From a virus (lineage: Duplodnaviria > Caudoviricetes), in the IMG/VR virus record IMGVR_UViG_3300020045_015699, positions 1 to 30,903 of that record: a stretch of 30,903 bases of DNA; one strand, 5' to 3'. The notes beneath the pieces were generated by a model. It saw only the letters and a list, made by a program, of their open reading frames with translations, had not been told where the DNA came from and made no database searches. The position numbers were made by a program, and so were the translations under genes. This document shows, piece by piece, positions 15,609 to 25,621 of this stretch (the first letter of the stretch is position 1; each line of letters starts with the position of its first letter).

Positions 15609-18367
15609 TGGTAAATTATTATATAGATATAATTGATCAGGTACTCGATGAAAGTCTTTTCATAATCGAATCAGCTTCGCAAAGGGGAATCACCTTGGCG
15701 TGGAATGGTGGTGATAAAAAAGATGAGTTGCAAATGGTTGGGTCAAGTCTTGAGTTTGATATTGCTCATAATGAATTGGTAGACGCAAAATTTATAAACT
15801 TTTTTACAGGAAACGAAATTCGTTTCAAAGTGGAGTTCCGAAAATACCAAGACGACGCTTTGATATGGAAAGGTTTTCTAATTCCTGATACTTATTCTGA
15901 GCCATATACGAATAACGTAACATTTGTAAAAATTACAGCTACTTGTGGTTTAGGTCGATTGAAAGGGAAGTATTTACCGGGTAGTTATTATAGAGACGAA
16001 AAAAGCATTGTAGATATTATTTGTAAAGCGCTTTCGTATACAAGTTTGAATATGAATGTTTTTTTTAATCCAGCTATCGAAAATAGTGTAGAAAAGAATT
16101 ATAAAAACATTTTTATTGATACTGCTAGTTTTATTGACAACGGCAAAAAGAAAGATGGTTACAAGATTTTGGAAACATTAATGAGTGATATGCTTTGTGT
16201 GTGTTTTCAAGCGGACGGCCGTTGGAATATTGAAGGTATTAATCAGCGTTCGGTGCGTTCGTATAAAGCAAAATTATATGATTTTGAGGCCAATGAGTTG
16301 GGAACACTCGAAGGCTTAAAACTGATTAAAAGAATTACTCCTTTGGTTACACCAGTGGTTACAATGGTCCCGCCGTACAATATGATTACGGTTGCACATC
16401 CTAGAATTCCGCAAAGCTTTCCTGATACGATTGCGAAGGAAAAAAACGAAGGTTGGGTAGTAGGAACCGGAGTGAAAGGCGAAATATATGCTACAGATTG
16501 GAATGGTAATAATGGGTATTATGCAAAATCGATGGTTCCTGATTACTATGTTTCGTTGATGAAATATTATACTGAAGGTGTTTTTGGTGTTTCTCCTCCT
16601 GTAGAAAATCCGCCTTTTGATGAAAATGATTTTGTAACCCTAAAAAATAAAATTTTTGTTTACAAATATCAAAAAATGACGATTAAAGCTGTTTTTAAGA
16701 TTTTGAAATATCTTTCAGAATCAACAGCTACTGATTCAACTGCAAATTTCAATCCTTTTTTTTATGAAATACTATTAAATGATACTGTTTTGTTTTCGAA
16801 TAAACAGCCTACAATTCCAGATAATCAAAGTTTGATTTTTAAGGATGATGAAGCGAAGTTGGATTTTGAAGTAATTATCCCTGAACAAGGCTTAATTGAT
16901 ATTAAATTTTATCGTTCAGGAAAAGAAGTCATTTCAACAAATATTAAAGGTTTTGAAATTCGTGAATTGGTGATTAGTCCGGTAAGTTTTAATGAAACAT
17001 TAGAATTTACAGATTTAATTAATGATGAATATACAATCGATAAAGACGTTGAATTAACTTACGCTGATGATGATACGGCTTTTAGTAATTGTTTTCGTTT
17101 GGCAAAATTAAAAGAAGCTACTGAAACTTTTAATACAATCGAAATTCCTGTTATTGATAGTTTTATGCAAAACGGAAATTATTATTCAGTGGTGAATTTG
17201 TCAGGGGCGAATTTAATAAAAGACAATATCAATACAACTGTTTATGATAGCGATGTGTTAGAAAATTTGGAAGTGATTTATAATTACTACTCATCGGAAC
17301 AAATGGTTGTTAAAACTGATTTTGCTATTACAACGGGGTCGTTTTTTGTAAAAGTATATAAAAATAATGATTACTTAAGTAGTCGTGATTCTTGGTTGCA
17401 ATGGACAGATTCTATTTATAAAATAGAAACAAATCGATATGCTCAAACTGTGGCAAATATTATTCGTAGAATGTATAATATTTCTTCTGAAAAATTGGAT
17501 GTCGTGGCGTATGATGCTGTAAAATTCAATGATTTAATTCTTTTTCATTATGTAAATGAAAAGCAGTTTGTGTCGACAAATTGTTCTTGGAATATTGACG
17601 AAAATAAAACAACATTAACGCTTTCTCGTGCGATTTATCGTGATAGCGGTGATACTGGAGAAAACCCCGAAAATATCCCGCCAATCGTTAATGCAGGATT
17701 AGATATTGAATTAACTGATACGCAAACAACAGCTTCATTATTAGCAACAGCTTATGATACTGATGGCTATATAGTTTCTCAGCAATGGACCAAAGTAATA
17801 GGTGGTTTTGGTGACGTAATTATGACACCAACACAATTAGCAACCGAATTACAGAATCTTACCGAAGATATTTATGAGTATAAAATTCAAGTGACAGATA
17901 ATGATGGTGCAACGGCTTATGACACCGTTAAGTTACAGCGAAGAAAAGATTATATAGTTTCTTTAGAAGAAATCATCATCACGCCTCCTGGTGCTGTTCT
18001 TTTGGATTATAAATATAAATTTCACATTGACCCAAATATTGATCCAAGTTATAATTTGGTTTTAAAAGGAAGTGCTTTTTTGTTCTCCTATATGGATGGT
18101 GCGGTATATTTTAGAATTTTTAAAAATGGCGTTCAGATTTATATCTATAGTTTGCAATATTTAGCCAATTCTGAAGAAATTACTTTTTCGGTAGGGTATA
18201 AGTCGACTGATGAAATTGTATTTGAAATTGAACAATGGGGAGAGTTTCCAATCGATCATTACGGAAGTTCTTCGTTTAAAATAACTGAAATAAATTTTGT
18301 TAATGGTTCAGGTAACATTGTTGGATTGCCTTTGATAGGTAAGCCTGTTCCTGGTCCTTTTGATTAA
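15608..18367 (+). CDS. Tail tip/hub protein with a PKD/Ig-like domain
   Basis: 919 aa directly after the tape measure gene; NIPPIVNAGLD...YKIQVTDNDGATAYDTV is a PKD-like repeat. Confidence 0.7.
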   Translation: MVNYYIDIIDQVLDESLFIIESASQRGITLAWNGGDKKDELQMVGSSLEFDIAHNELVDAKFINFFTGNEIRFKVEFRKYQDDALIWKGFLIPDTYSEPYTNNVTFVKITATCGLGRLKGKYLPGSYYRDEKSIVDIICKALSYTSLNMNVFFNPAIENSVEKNYKNIFIDTASFIDNGKKKDGYKILETLMSDMLCVCFQADGRWNIEGINQRSVRSYKAKLYDFEANELGTLEGLKLIKRITPLVTPVVTMVPPYNMITVAHPRIPQSFPDTIAKEKNEGWVVGTGVKGEIYATDWNGNNGYYAKSMVPDYYVSLMKYYTEGVFGVSPPVENPPFDENDFVTLKNKIFVYKYQKMTIKAVFKILKYLSESTATDSTANFNPFFYEILLNDTVLFSNKQPTIPDNQSLIFKDDEAKLDFEVIIPEQGLIDIKFYRSGKEVISTNIKGFEIRELVISPVSFNETLEFTDLINDEYTIDKDVELTYADDDTAFSNCFRLAKLKEATETFNTIEIPVIDSFMQNGNYYSVVNLSGANLIKDNINTTVYDSDVLENLEVIYNYYSSEQMVVKTDFAITTGSFFVKVYKNNDYLSSRDSWLQWTDSIYKIETNRYAQTVANIIRRMYNISSEKLDVVAYDAVKFNDLILFHYVNEKQFVSTNCSWNIDENKTTLTLSRAIYRDSGDTGENPENIPPIVNAGLDIELTDTQTTASLLATAYDTDGYIVSQQWTKVIGGFGDVIMTPTQLATELQNLTEDIYEYKIQVTDNDGATAYDTVKLQRRKDYIVSLEEIIITPPGAVLLDYKYKFHIDPNIDPSYNLVLKGSAFLFSYMDGAVYFRIFKNGVQIYIYSLQYLANSEEITFSVGYKSTDEIVFEIEQWGEFPIDHYGSSSFKITEINFVNGSGNIVGLPLIGKPVPGPFD

Positions 18368-18372
18368 TTATT

Positions 18373-18591
18373 ATGGCAAAAAACATTCAAAGAATAGGAA
18401 TAGGAAATAGGAGATTTCCGCCTATAGATGCAAATTTGATTGATCCGGTACCAGGGTATTTTACATTCGATAGTACTACGGTAACTTTTGATAGTATGGT
18501 AGATACGTTTGATTTTGATATTGTTCCAATTACTCCAATAGTGGTAAGGGATTATTCTGAAGCTGATTATCCAACAACTGATTATAAATAG
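18373..18591 (+). CDS. Small virion-associated protein
   Basis: TFDSTTVTFDSMVDTFD repeat motif; in the tail module. Confidence 0.55.
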   Translation: MAKNIQRIGIGNRRFPPIDANLIDPVPGYFTFDSTTVTFDSMVDTFDFDIVPITPIVVRDYSEADYPTTDYK

Positions 18592-18596
18592 AAATT

Positions 18597-19112
18597 ATGC
18601 CAACAATAACACAATTAAGGGAATTAGTTGCTACAAAATTAGCATCGGCTTCTGATATACAAGCTACGGAACATCGTGAAGTTGAAAATGCAATTATTGA
18701 TTATCTCGAAGCTTTGGAAAGCAGTAGTAGTAATGCTAAATCAAAAGTAGTAACACTCGATTCCTTCACGACTGATCGGAATTACAGTGTTGCTACTGAT
18801 TTGGCGTCACCAAAAGTAATAACCGGTGTTTTTGTAATGTTGGAGTGTGTTACTGCAAATAATAGTTTTTCTGTTGGTGATATTGTTACGGCGCCAACTC
18901 CTTATCCAACTGATTCGGGAAGAACGGCAGCACAGGGAATTGGGGTACAATTTAATAACACAAATCCTAATTCCGTGAAAGTGATGGTAAACGATCAGTT
19001 AACGATAATGACGGCTTATAATTCGGCAAGCGGGGCAATAGCTAATAATGTTATATTTTCTGGTGGTGCTACTGCAAATTGGAAAATAAGATTAATAATC
19101 GGTTATGTTTAA
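18597..19112 (+). CDS. Putative tail fibre/structural protein
   Basis: 171 aa, beta-rich C-terminus ending WKIRLII; in the tail module. Confidence 0.55.
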   Translation: MPTITQLRELVATKLASASDIQATEHREVENAIIDYLEALESSSSNAKSKVVTLDSFTTDRNYSVATDLASPKVITGVFVMLECVTANNSFSVGDIVTAPTPYPTDSGRTAAQGIGVQFNNTNPNSVKVMVNDQLTIMTAYNSASGAIANNVIFSGGATANWKIRLIIGYV

Positions 19113-19123
19113 AAATAAGTATT

Positions 19124-21295
19124 ATGCAAGAAATATATAAAGGAGCAGCGGCAAATGATAAAACAGGAACGCCTGCAAGAACGGCGGCTCAAATTATCAA
19201 TGATAATTTCAAGTATTTAGATAATAAAATAACCCGTAAGGATGGAATTGTTGTTTCAACTGGATATGCTGGAACGCCTGAAGATAAAATAATGAATATT
19301 TATTGGGAATGGATAATTGATGCCATTGATTATACCAATCCAGCGCCTGTGCCTTTGAATTTTCCATATGCAGCAAGTGGAAAAATGAGACTAGATATGA
19401 TTGCTTTGACTACTTCGAATACTGCAATCCGTATCGCAGGACCAGAAAGTGATTCCAACCCGGTTTCAGCTCCTTTACCTGATAATATGATACAAGCGGG
19501 TCTTGTTTTGGTTACTGATAGTGAAGTTGGTGAGCCATCGTCTCCTGTTATTGGTGATCTATACGTTAAAAAACTAGAATCGCAAGATGTTATTGTAAAC
19601 TACGGCGCAACAACGGTAATTGAACAAATAAATTTAACTGATGATAGAAGTTCTATTTCTTTAATTGGTTCTGCTACAGATGTAAAATCAGTTCAAGTTT
19701 CAGGATTATATATCAGAATGGGTAAACCTCATTTCTTTAAAAATAGAACTGGCCATCCTGTTAAGCTTTGGCATTTGGCTGGTACTGGAAATATCAAATA
19801 CTTTTTCCCGAATGGATTGGATTTGATAGTTAAACCGAATGAAGTAATAGAATTTAATACGAATGCTAATGATTCGGCTTATGTGAGGTTTGAGCGTGTT
19901 GGTGGTGATATATCTAGTTTGTATGATAGCTTATTGTCTTTTTCAGGTGTATTTGATTTATCACGTCAACGAACTGGTTTTTATTCTGATTATATATCAG
20001 GTAGTATTGTAAATCTTTCTCTTAGTTCTGTAAAGATATTTGGTGCAGTAGCTACGGTTAGAATAAAAGGAAATTTATTAGGAACAATTCCTGTTGGTTG
20101 GAATTTATCAGGTCAGCCAATAATTAACGTTGCTTCAAAAATGAATGAGCTAACAATAATGTATGTTAGTGATTCGGATATTAGGCTAGTTAATAGAGTT
20201 GTAAGTTATACAGATGTAGTTCCTCCAAGTGTGCCAGCTAATTTAATCGAAGTATCAAAAACAACCACAACAATTTCCGTTAGTTGGGATGCATCAACAG
20301 ATGATGTTTCGGTGACTGGATATAATGTTTATGTAAATGGAGTGTATAATTCATTTACAACAACTACAAATAAAACAATTACAGGACTAACGTTGTCAAC
20401 TGTATATTTATTATCTGTATCTGCCATAGATTCATCCGCAAATGAAAGTGCAAAAACTACAGCATTAAGTATTACTACAAATGCTGTAGATACATACGAA
20501 ACTGAATATCAAGCTGTATTAGATTATGCTACTGCCAACGGATTTGATTTACCTGATTCAACCCAAAAAACAAAAGACAATAATAAAGTAAAATATTTGA
20601 AAGCTGTGGGAGCTTGGTCGGCTCTAGATACGGTAAGAATATTTAATTCAACATACTCACCAACTTCTTGGGCTACAAATATGTATAGACTTAATTTTAA
20701 AAATCCAGCATTATATCCGCTTACAGCCGTTGCAGGACTAGAACCTTCTTTTGCGTCTGGAAGTGGTTTTAATATTACTGGTGGTTCAGGTAAGTACGCT
20801 AAAACAGGATTTATTCCATCAAGTCATGCAGTTAATTTTGGAGGTTCAAATTGTTCTGAAATAATGGGCTTATTTAATATTCCTTCAACATTTTCTACAA
20901 ATGTTTGGATAACTGGAGGGAGATCAAGCTCAGGAGATGCGGGTCAGATACTTGTAGGGGCTACAGTTAATGGTTCGCTTATTTTTAGACTAGGCTCTAC
21001 CGGAACTGTATTTACTGTTGCTCAAACAGATTTAAATGCGCATTTTCATTGTTATAAAAGTGCCGGTGCAATTAAATTATTTAGAAATGGATTAACAGAA
21101 ATGGCTGCAAGTTCATCTGTTGGAATTGGAACTACGGTATCGACTACAGAACAATATATATTAGGTGCAAATGATAATGGTACATTGTTATCATCAGCAA
21201 TGAATGTTGGAATGAAATATCACTTGATGGGTTCATCTTTAGATACTAAGAAAAACGAAATTTATCAAATAATGAACGAAACTTACGTACCATGA
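19124..21295 (+). CDS. Multidomain tail fibre/receptor-binding protein with an FN3 domain (ATG 19124)
   Basis: N-terminal ANDKTGTPARTAAQIINDNF resembles the T4 gp9/gp10-type N-terminal motif. DVVPPSVPANL...VSWDASTDDVSVTGYNVY...AIDSSANES is FN3-like. Beta-rich C-terminus. Confidence 0.7.
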   Translation: MQEIYKGAAANDKTGTPARTAAQIINDNFKYLDNKITRKDGIVVSTGYAGTPEDKIMNIYWEWIIDAIDYTNPAPVPLNFPYAASGKMRLDMIALTTSNTAIRIAGPESDSNPVSAPLPDNMIQAGLVLVTDSEVGEPSSPVIGDLYVKKLESQDVIVNYGATTVIEQINLTDDRSSISLIGSATDVKSVQVSGLYIRMGKPHFFKNRTGHPVKLWHLAGTGNIKYFFPNGLDLIVKPNEVIEFNTNANDSAYVRFERVGGDISSLYDSLLSFSGVFDLSRQRTGFYSDYISGSIVNLSLSSVKIFGAVATVRIKGNLLGTIPVGWNLSGQPIINVASKMNELTIMYVSDSDIRLVNRVVSYTDVVPPSVPANLIEVSKTTTTISVSWDASTDDVSVTGYNVYVNGVYNSFTTTTNKTITGLTLSTVYLLSVSAIDSSANESAKTTALSITTNAVDTYETEYQAVLDYATANGFDLPDSTQKTKDNNKVKYLKAVGAWSALDTVRIFNSTYSPTSWATNMYRLNFKNPALYPLTAVAGLEPSFASGSGFNITGGSGKYAKTGFIPSSHAVNFGGSNCSEIMGLFNIPSTFSTNVWITGGRSSSGDAGQILVGATVNGSLIFRLGSTGTVFTVAQTDLNAHFHCYKSAGAIKLFRNGLTEMAASSSVGIGTTVSTTEQYILGANDNGTLLSSAMNVGMKYHLMGSSLDTKKNEIYQIMNETYVP

Positions 21296-22542
21296 TAAAT
21301 CCATTTTTACACGCATTATTTTCCATAGTAGATGAAAAACCAGTTGATGTGACAAGTATTGGTGAAAGTTTAGCATATACTTGGTTTGGGCGTCCAAATT
21401 ATGCGTACAGTTCAGAGGCAAATAAATATTGGATTGGAACAACAAAAGACACGCCAAGCGGAACAACGCAACACATTACAGAGTATAATTTAAATACTGA
21501 TGTGTATACAACAACCCAAGTTGGAACAACTTATGAAAAAGACGATCATAATCAATGTCAAATACTGATAAGAAGTTCAGATAAAAGAATCATAGTTTTT
21601 TATGCGGAACACGTTGGAACGGCTGTAAGGTATAAAATAAGTACAAATCCTTTGGATGCATCATCATTTGGTGGTGAAAATACAATATCGGGGGCAATAT
21701 CGGCTTCTTATCCTTCACCTTACCAAGCATCAAACGGTGATATATTTTGTTTTTACAGATATACGCCTGGTTCTGTTCAGGAAAAATGGTACTATGCTAG
21801 ATCAACTGATGGGGGGACTACATTTGGTGCGCCAGTAGAGTTTTATTATACAGGGTATAGAGCATACATGATAACTAGCCAATTAGGTGATAAAATTCAT
21901 TTTGTATCAACAAATGGTCATCCGCAAACTAATATGGATATAAATGTAAATTGTTATCACTTGTATTTTGATATGTTGACGTTACAGTTTAAAAATTCAA
22001 CGGGAAGTATTATAACAATTCCGGCTCTTCCTACTGCTTGTACACCAATAAATATTACGTATGCCAATGATACATCTTGGATTTTAGATATAACTTTTAA
22101 AAACAATTTACCTAGAATTTTATATTTAGTTTATCCAAATGGTAGAGCAGATAATTTATATACAAAAAACTTGTGGTATGCGGAATTTAACGGGTATGAA
22201 TGGGTAAGGAAAACTTTGATTGATAATCCTATGAATGGATATGTAGAGAGAGATACTACGGTTAATGAATTAGGTTATTCTGGAGCATCAAGATTTGATA
22301 CTAATAATCCTGATATTATTTGGATGCCAAAAAGAGTTGGTGATATCTTGGAAATTCATAAAGTTGATATAAGTTCTTTTCCTTTTTTAATACAACAAAT
22401 AACTTTTGATTCGCTAAAAGACAATTGGAGACCGATATCTATTCCATGCGGTATGTACAATCTATTATGGCTAAAAAACAATTATTATAATTATTACAAT
22501 GACTATTCAATTACGCTTAGAGCCATGACTATTGGAACGTAA
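21292..22542 (+). CDS. BNR/Asp-box beta-propeller protein (putative polysaccharide-binding or depolymerase)
   Basis: DDHN motif, ASYPSP and Asp-box YARSTDGGTTF. Confidence 0.65.
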   Translation: MINPFLHALFSIVDEKPVDVTSIGESLAYTWFGRPNYAYSSEANKYWIGTTKDTPSGTTQHITEYNLNTDVYTTTQVGTTYEKDDHNQCQILIRSSDKRIIVFYAEHVGTAVRYKISTNPLDASSFGGENTISGAISASYPSPYQASNGDIFCFYRYTPGSVQEKWYYARSTDGGTTFGAPVEFYYTGYRAYMITSQLGDKIHFVSTNGHPQTNMDINVNCYHLYFDMLTLQFKNSTGSIITIPALPTACTPINITYANDTSWILDITFKNNLPRILYLVYPNGRADNLYTKNLWYAEFNGYEWVRKTLIDNPMNGYVERDTTVNELGYSGASRFDTNNPDIIWMPKRVGDILEIHKVDISSFPFLIQQITFDSLKDNWRPISIPCGMYNLLWLKNNYYNYYNDYSITLRAMTIGT

Positions 22543-22596
22543 TATCAACAAAAATGAAAATCACAATATTAAATATCATTAAAACAAAAGCCTACT

Positions 22597-23067
22597 ATGG
22601 AAAAAATTATTGTAATGCTCTGGATCACATTTGGATTGTATTTTTCAGTTTTTATTGGAGTTATGACCGATTTATGGAGCGGTGTTCGGAAAGCTAAAAT
22701 AAATGGTGTCGCTCGTTCGTCTTATGGATACAGAAGAACAATTGATAAGTTGTCTAGGTATTATAATCTACTTCTTGCTTTAACTGTTATTGATGCTATG
22801 CAAATGAGCTCTATATGGTATTTAGACAAATATTATCATTATGATAGATTACCAATGTTTCCATTTATAACCTTACTTGGTGCAATAGGTATTTGTTTAA
22901 TTGAAATAAAAAGTATTTATGAAAAAGCAGAGGATAAAGTCAGGATTGAAAATGTAACGGCATTAGCTGGAAAAATAATAACTAATAAAGATGATATATC
23001 TGAGATTGTCAAAGCAGTAGTTACGTATATGAAAGAACCTGAAATAAAAGAACCTGAAAAAATATAA
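22597..23067 (+). CDS. Holin
   Basis: Three hydrophobic segments, DLWSGVRKA, SYGYRRTIDK and IEIKSIYEK; precedes the endolysin. Confidence 0.8.
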   Translation: MEKIIVMLWITFGLYFSVFIGVMTDLWSGVRKAKINGVARSSYGYRRTIDKLSRYYNLLLALTVIDAMQMSSIWYLDKYYHYDRLPMFPFITLLGAIGICLIEIKSIYEKAEDKVRIENVTALAGKIITNKDDISEIVKAVVTYMKEPEIKEPEKI

Positions 23068-23072
23068 TTATT

Positions 23073-23519
23073 ATGAACGAAATTATTAGAATAGCTGAAA
23101 AAGAAATTGGACAAGGTGAAAAACCATTGAATAGTAATAAAACCAAGTTTGGAAAGTGGTTTGGTTATGATGGTGTTGCATGGTGCGGAATATTTGTTTC
23201 CTGGTGTTATGCAATGGCAGGATTTTCACTTCCAAAAATTGGATTTTCAAAAGGTTTTGCAGGCTGCCAAACAGCGGTTGCTTATTTCAAAAAAAACGGA
23301 TTGGTAACCAATACACCTGTAGAAGGTGATATTGTTTTCTTCGATTGGAATGCTGATGGAAGATTTGATCATACTGCCTTGTTTGTTAAATGGATTGATA
23401 AAGATAATTTTGAAACCATTGAAGGAAATACGGCTGTCGGCAATGATAGTAATGGAGGTAATGTAATGAGAAGAAAAAGAAACAAGAAAAATGTAATTTT
23501 TGTAAATGTACCATTATGA
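23073..23519 (+). CDS. CHAP-domain endolysin/peptidase
   Basis: AWCGIFVSW (Cys), GDIVFFDW, DHT (His) and TIEGNT. Confidence 0.88.
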   Translation: MNEIIRIAEKEIGQGEKPLNSNKTKFGKWFGYDGVAWCGIFVSWCYAMAGFSLPKIGFSKGFAGCQTAVAYFKKNGLVTNTPVEGDIVFFDWNADGRFDHTALFVKWIDKDNFETIEGNTAVGNDSNGGNVMRRKRNKKNVIFVNVPL

Positions 23520-24136
23520 TCACAGTCGATTTAGTTTTAAAAAATATTAGGTTATTGATCGTATTATTACTTTGTGTTGTTTCGGTTTGGTTTTATAAAG
23601 ACTGGAAATTTCAAACTATTGAAAATAAACGCCAATCTGAGAATATGCACCAAACTAGAATTGCTGATAGTTTGCGTTTTTCTAGCCAAATTTTAAGCGC
23701 CAATGAAATAAAAGAGCATCTGCAATATCAGAACTCAGAATTAAAAAATAAGCTCTTAAAAGACGGTGTAAAGTTAAATAGGATTGAAAGCATAATTTCA
23801 ACAAATTACCGATATCGAGATACAATAAAAAGAGAAACTGATATTACTGGTTTAGTGGATGCGATTAAAAATAGTATTCCGAAAAGCCAGGAATGGATTG
23901 ATACAACTAAATGTCAAATAACAAAAGGAACTGTTTCTTTTGACGGCCAAAAATTAAAAGTAATTGTCAATGATCGTGAATTTAAAAATAAGTCGGATGC
24001 TGTGGCTTATTGGGAGCGTAGGCAATGGAAATTTCTTGGTATAAAAACTCGGTTTTTGGGTAAAAAACAAGTTACTGCAAAAATGTTTGATGAATGCGGA
24101 GAGACCCGAATGATTAAAATTGATAAGAAAGAGTGA
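23516..24136 (+). CDS. Spanin-like membrane-anchored coiled-coil protein
   Basis: N-terminal TM helix, coiled coil and beta-rich C-terminus; overlaps the endolysin stop. Confidence 0.5.
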   Translation: MITVDLVLKNIRLLIVLLLCVVSVWFYKDWKFQTIENKRQSENMHQTRIADSLRFSSQILSANEIKEHLQYQNSELKNKLLKDGVKLNRIESIISTNYRYRDTIKRETDITGLVDAIKNSIPKSQEWIDTTKCQITKGTVSFDGQKLKVIVNDREFKNKSDAVAYWERRQWKFLGIKTRFLGKKQVTAKMFDECGETRMIKIDKKE

Positions 24137-24232
24137 TGTGTTTTGTGTGTTATTCACATTAATATTGCATTTATTGGTTACTTACAAAATTGTAATTAAT
24201 TGATTTTTAGTTATATATGTATATTTAAAATT

Positions 24233-24277
24233 TGCCTTCTAAGCAGGCGGTCGAAGGTTCGAATCCTTCTGCGTTCA
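24233..24277 (+). other. attP core: 3' half of tRNA-Arg(UCU)
   Basis: Anticodon loop CTTCTAA (24236-24242), T-arm gaagg-ttcgaat-ccttc and the 3' acceptor strand are present. The 5' half is absent. Lies just upstream of the integrase. Confidence 0.88.
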
Positions 24278-24282
24278 CTTTG

Positions 24283-24309
24283 AAACCCACTGAATTCAGT
24301 GGGTTTTTT
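24283..24309 (+). terminator. Intrinsic terminator after the tRNA fragment
   Basis: aaacccactga-at-tcagtgggttt plus a T run. Confidence 0.85.
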
Positions 24310-24412
24310 CGTTTTTATACTTTTCTTGTTTTTTATTTTCCTACATTTACCACGCTAAAACACGCTTTTTTAAGCAAAAATCACAACTTTTTCACAACTC
24401 AATATTTAGATT

Positions 24413-25621
24413 ATGGTAATTGAAATCAAATTATTGAAATCCAAAAAAGAAACTCCTGAAGGGTTTTCGTTGGTTGTTCAGATTGCACACCAAAATAAAC
24501 GTAAAACAAAAACTATTGCTTTCTGCAAAGAAGAACATTTTATTATTGATGGAAAAACTATTTCGGATAAGCATCCGGATTATGATGTTTTGGCACCTAT
24601 ATTGATGGAATTGAAAATTAGGGCGCGCAAATTGATTTTGAACGGCTATAATGATGTTGAAAAAGTATATCAGGATTTGTTTGCTGTGGATTTTTCGCAA
24701 ATTGGATATATTGATTTTGCCGAAAAGCTAATTGCAGAAATGAAAGAAGTGGCTGAAAAATTAGGGAAGCATGATTTGAAGGCGAAAAATAAGATTCTTG
24801 GTAATGTTCGCTGTTATGAAAATGTGATCGGCCAATTTCGCGCTTTTGGTAAAAATGTGACTTTGCAAAATTTGGATTATAATATTTTGATGCAATTTAA
24901 GAATTATAATATTGGAATTGGAAATTCTAAAGCTACGGTGCATTTATATTTACGGACTTTGCGGGCTATTTATAATAAAGGGATACTCAAGCATCGATTT
25001 GCAGATTCAAAGCCGTTTACGGGCGTTTTTGATGGTTTGAAAACCCGTTCCTATGATTCTAAAAAAAAGTACCTGGATCGTGATGGGTTGGTGAAGTTGG
25101 AAAACTTGGATTTAAAAACTGCTAAACAGAAATATGTGGATTTATTTTTACTGCAATTCTATTTTGGTGGGTGTGATCTAAAAGATTTGTATTACCTAAA
25201 AAAACGACAAATCCGCAAAGGCCGCATTGTTTTTGAACGAACCAAAACTAATACCGGAACCCGAATTGATTTGAAGGTGCATCCAAAGGCGCAATTGATT
25301 TTGGATAAATACCCTGGTGAAGGTGATTGGCTTTTTCCTTGGAAAAAAGAGAATGAATCTTATATTACTTTTCGAGGGAATTACCAGCGGGATATTATTT
25401 TGGTTCAAACTGCTGAAAAAATTGAAATTTTGCCTGATGGCGGGAATTTGGCAATAAAAGTGGCTCGACATACTTTTGCGAATTTGGCAAAAACGCTGAA
25501 TATTGATACCGATATCATTCGTGAGCTAATGGGACACGAACGTGATGATGTCGATAATTATTATAAGGACAAATATCCCGAAGCAATACGGGATAAGGCT
25601 TTGTTTGATATTATTGGGTAA
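24413..25621 (+). CDS. int: Phage integrase (Bacteroidota-type tyrosine recombinase)
   Basis: Arm-binding-like N-terminus, YLRTLRAIYNKG, FERTKT, ARHTFA, ELMGH and YY; adjacent to attP. Confidence 0.92.
   Translation: MVIEIKLLKSKKETPEGFSLVVQIAHQNKRKTKTIAFCKEEHFIIDGKTISDKHPDYDVLAPILMELKIRARKLILNGYNDVEKVYQDLFAVDFSQIGYIDFAEKLIAEMKEVAEKLGKHDLKAKNKILGNVRCYENVIGQFRAFGKNVTLQNLDYNILMQFKNYNIGIGNSKATVHLYLRTLRAIYNKGILKHRFADSKPFTGVFDGLKTRSYDSKKKYLDRDGLVKLENLDLKTAKQKYVDLFLLQFYFGGCDLKDLYYLKKRQIRKGRIVFERTKTNTGTRIDLKVHPKAQLILDKYPGEGDWLFPWKKENESYITFRGNYQRDIILVQTAEKIEILPDGGNLAIKVARHTFANLAKTLNIDTDIIRELMGHERDDVDNYYKDKYPEAIRDKALFDIIG

Noticed and set aside
15608-22542. Diversity-generating retroelement or tail-fibre invertase system
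   Set aside because: No reverse transcriptase, no template/variable repeat pair and no inverted fibre segments seen in the window.
24232-24423. 63-aa ORF MPSKQAVEGSNPSAFT and a possible full tRNA gene
   Set aside because: The ORF is a translation of the tRNA fragment and terminator. The tRNA lacks its 5' acceptor strand and D-arm, so it is an att core, not a functional tRNA.
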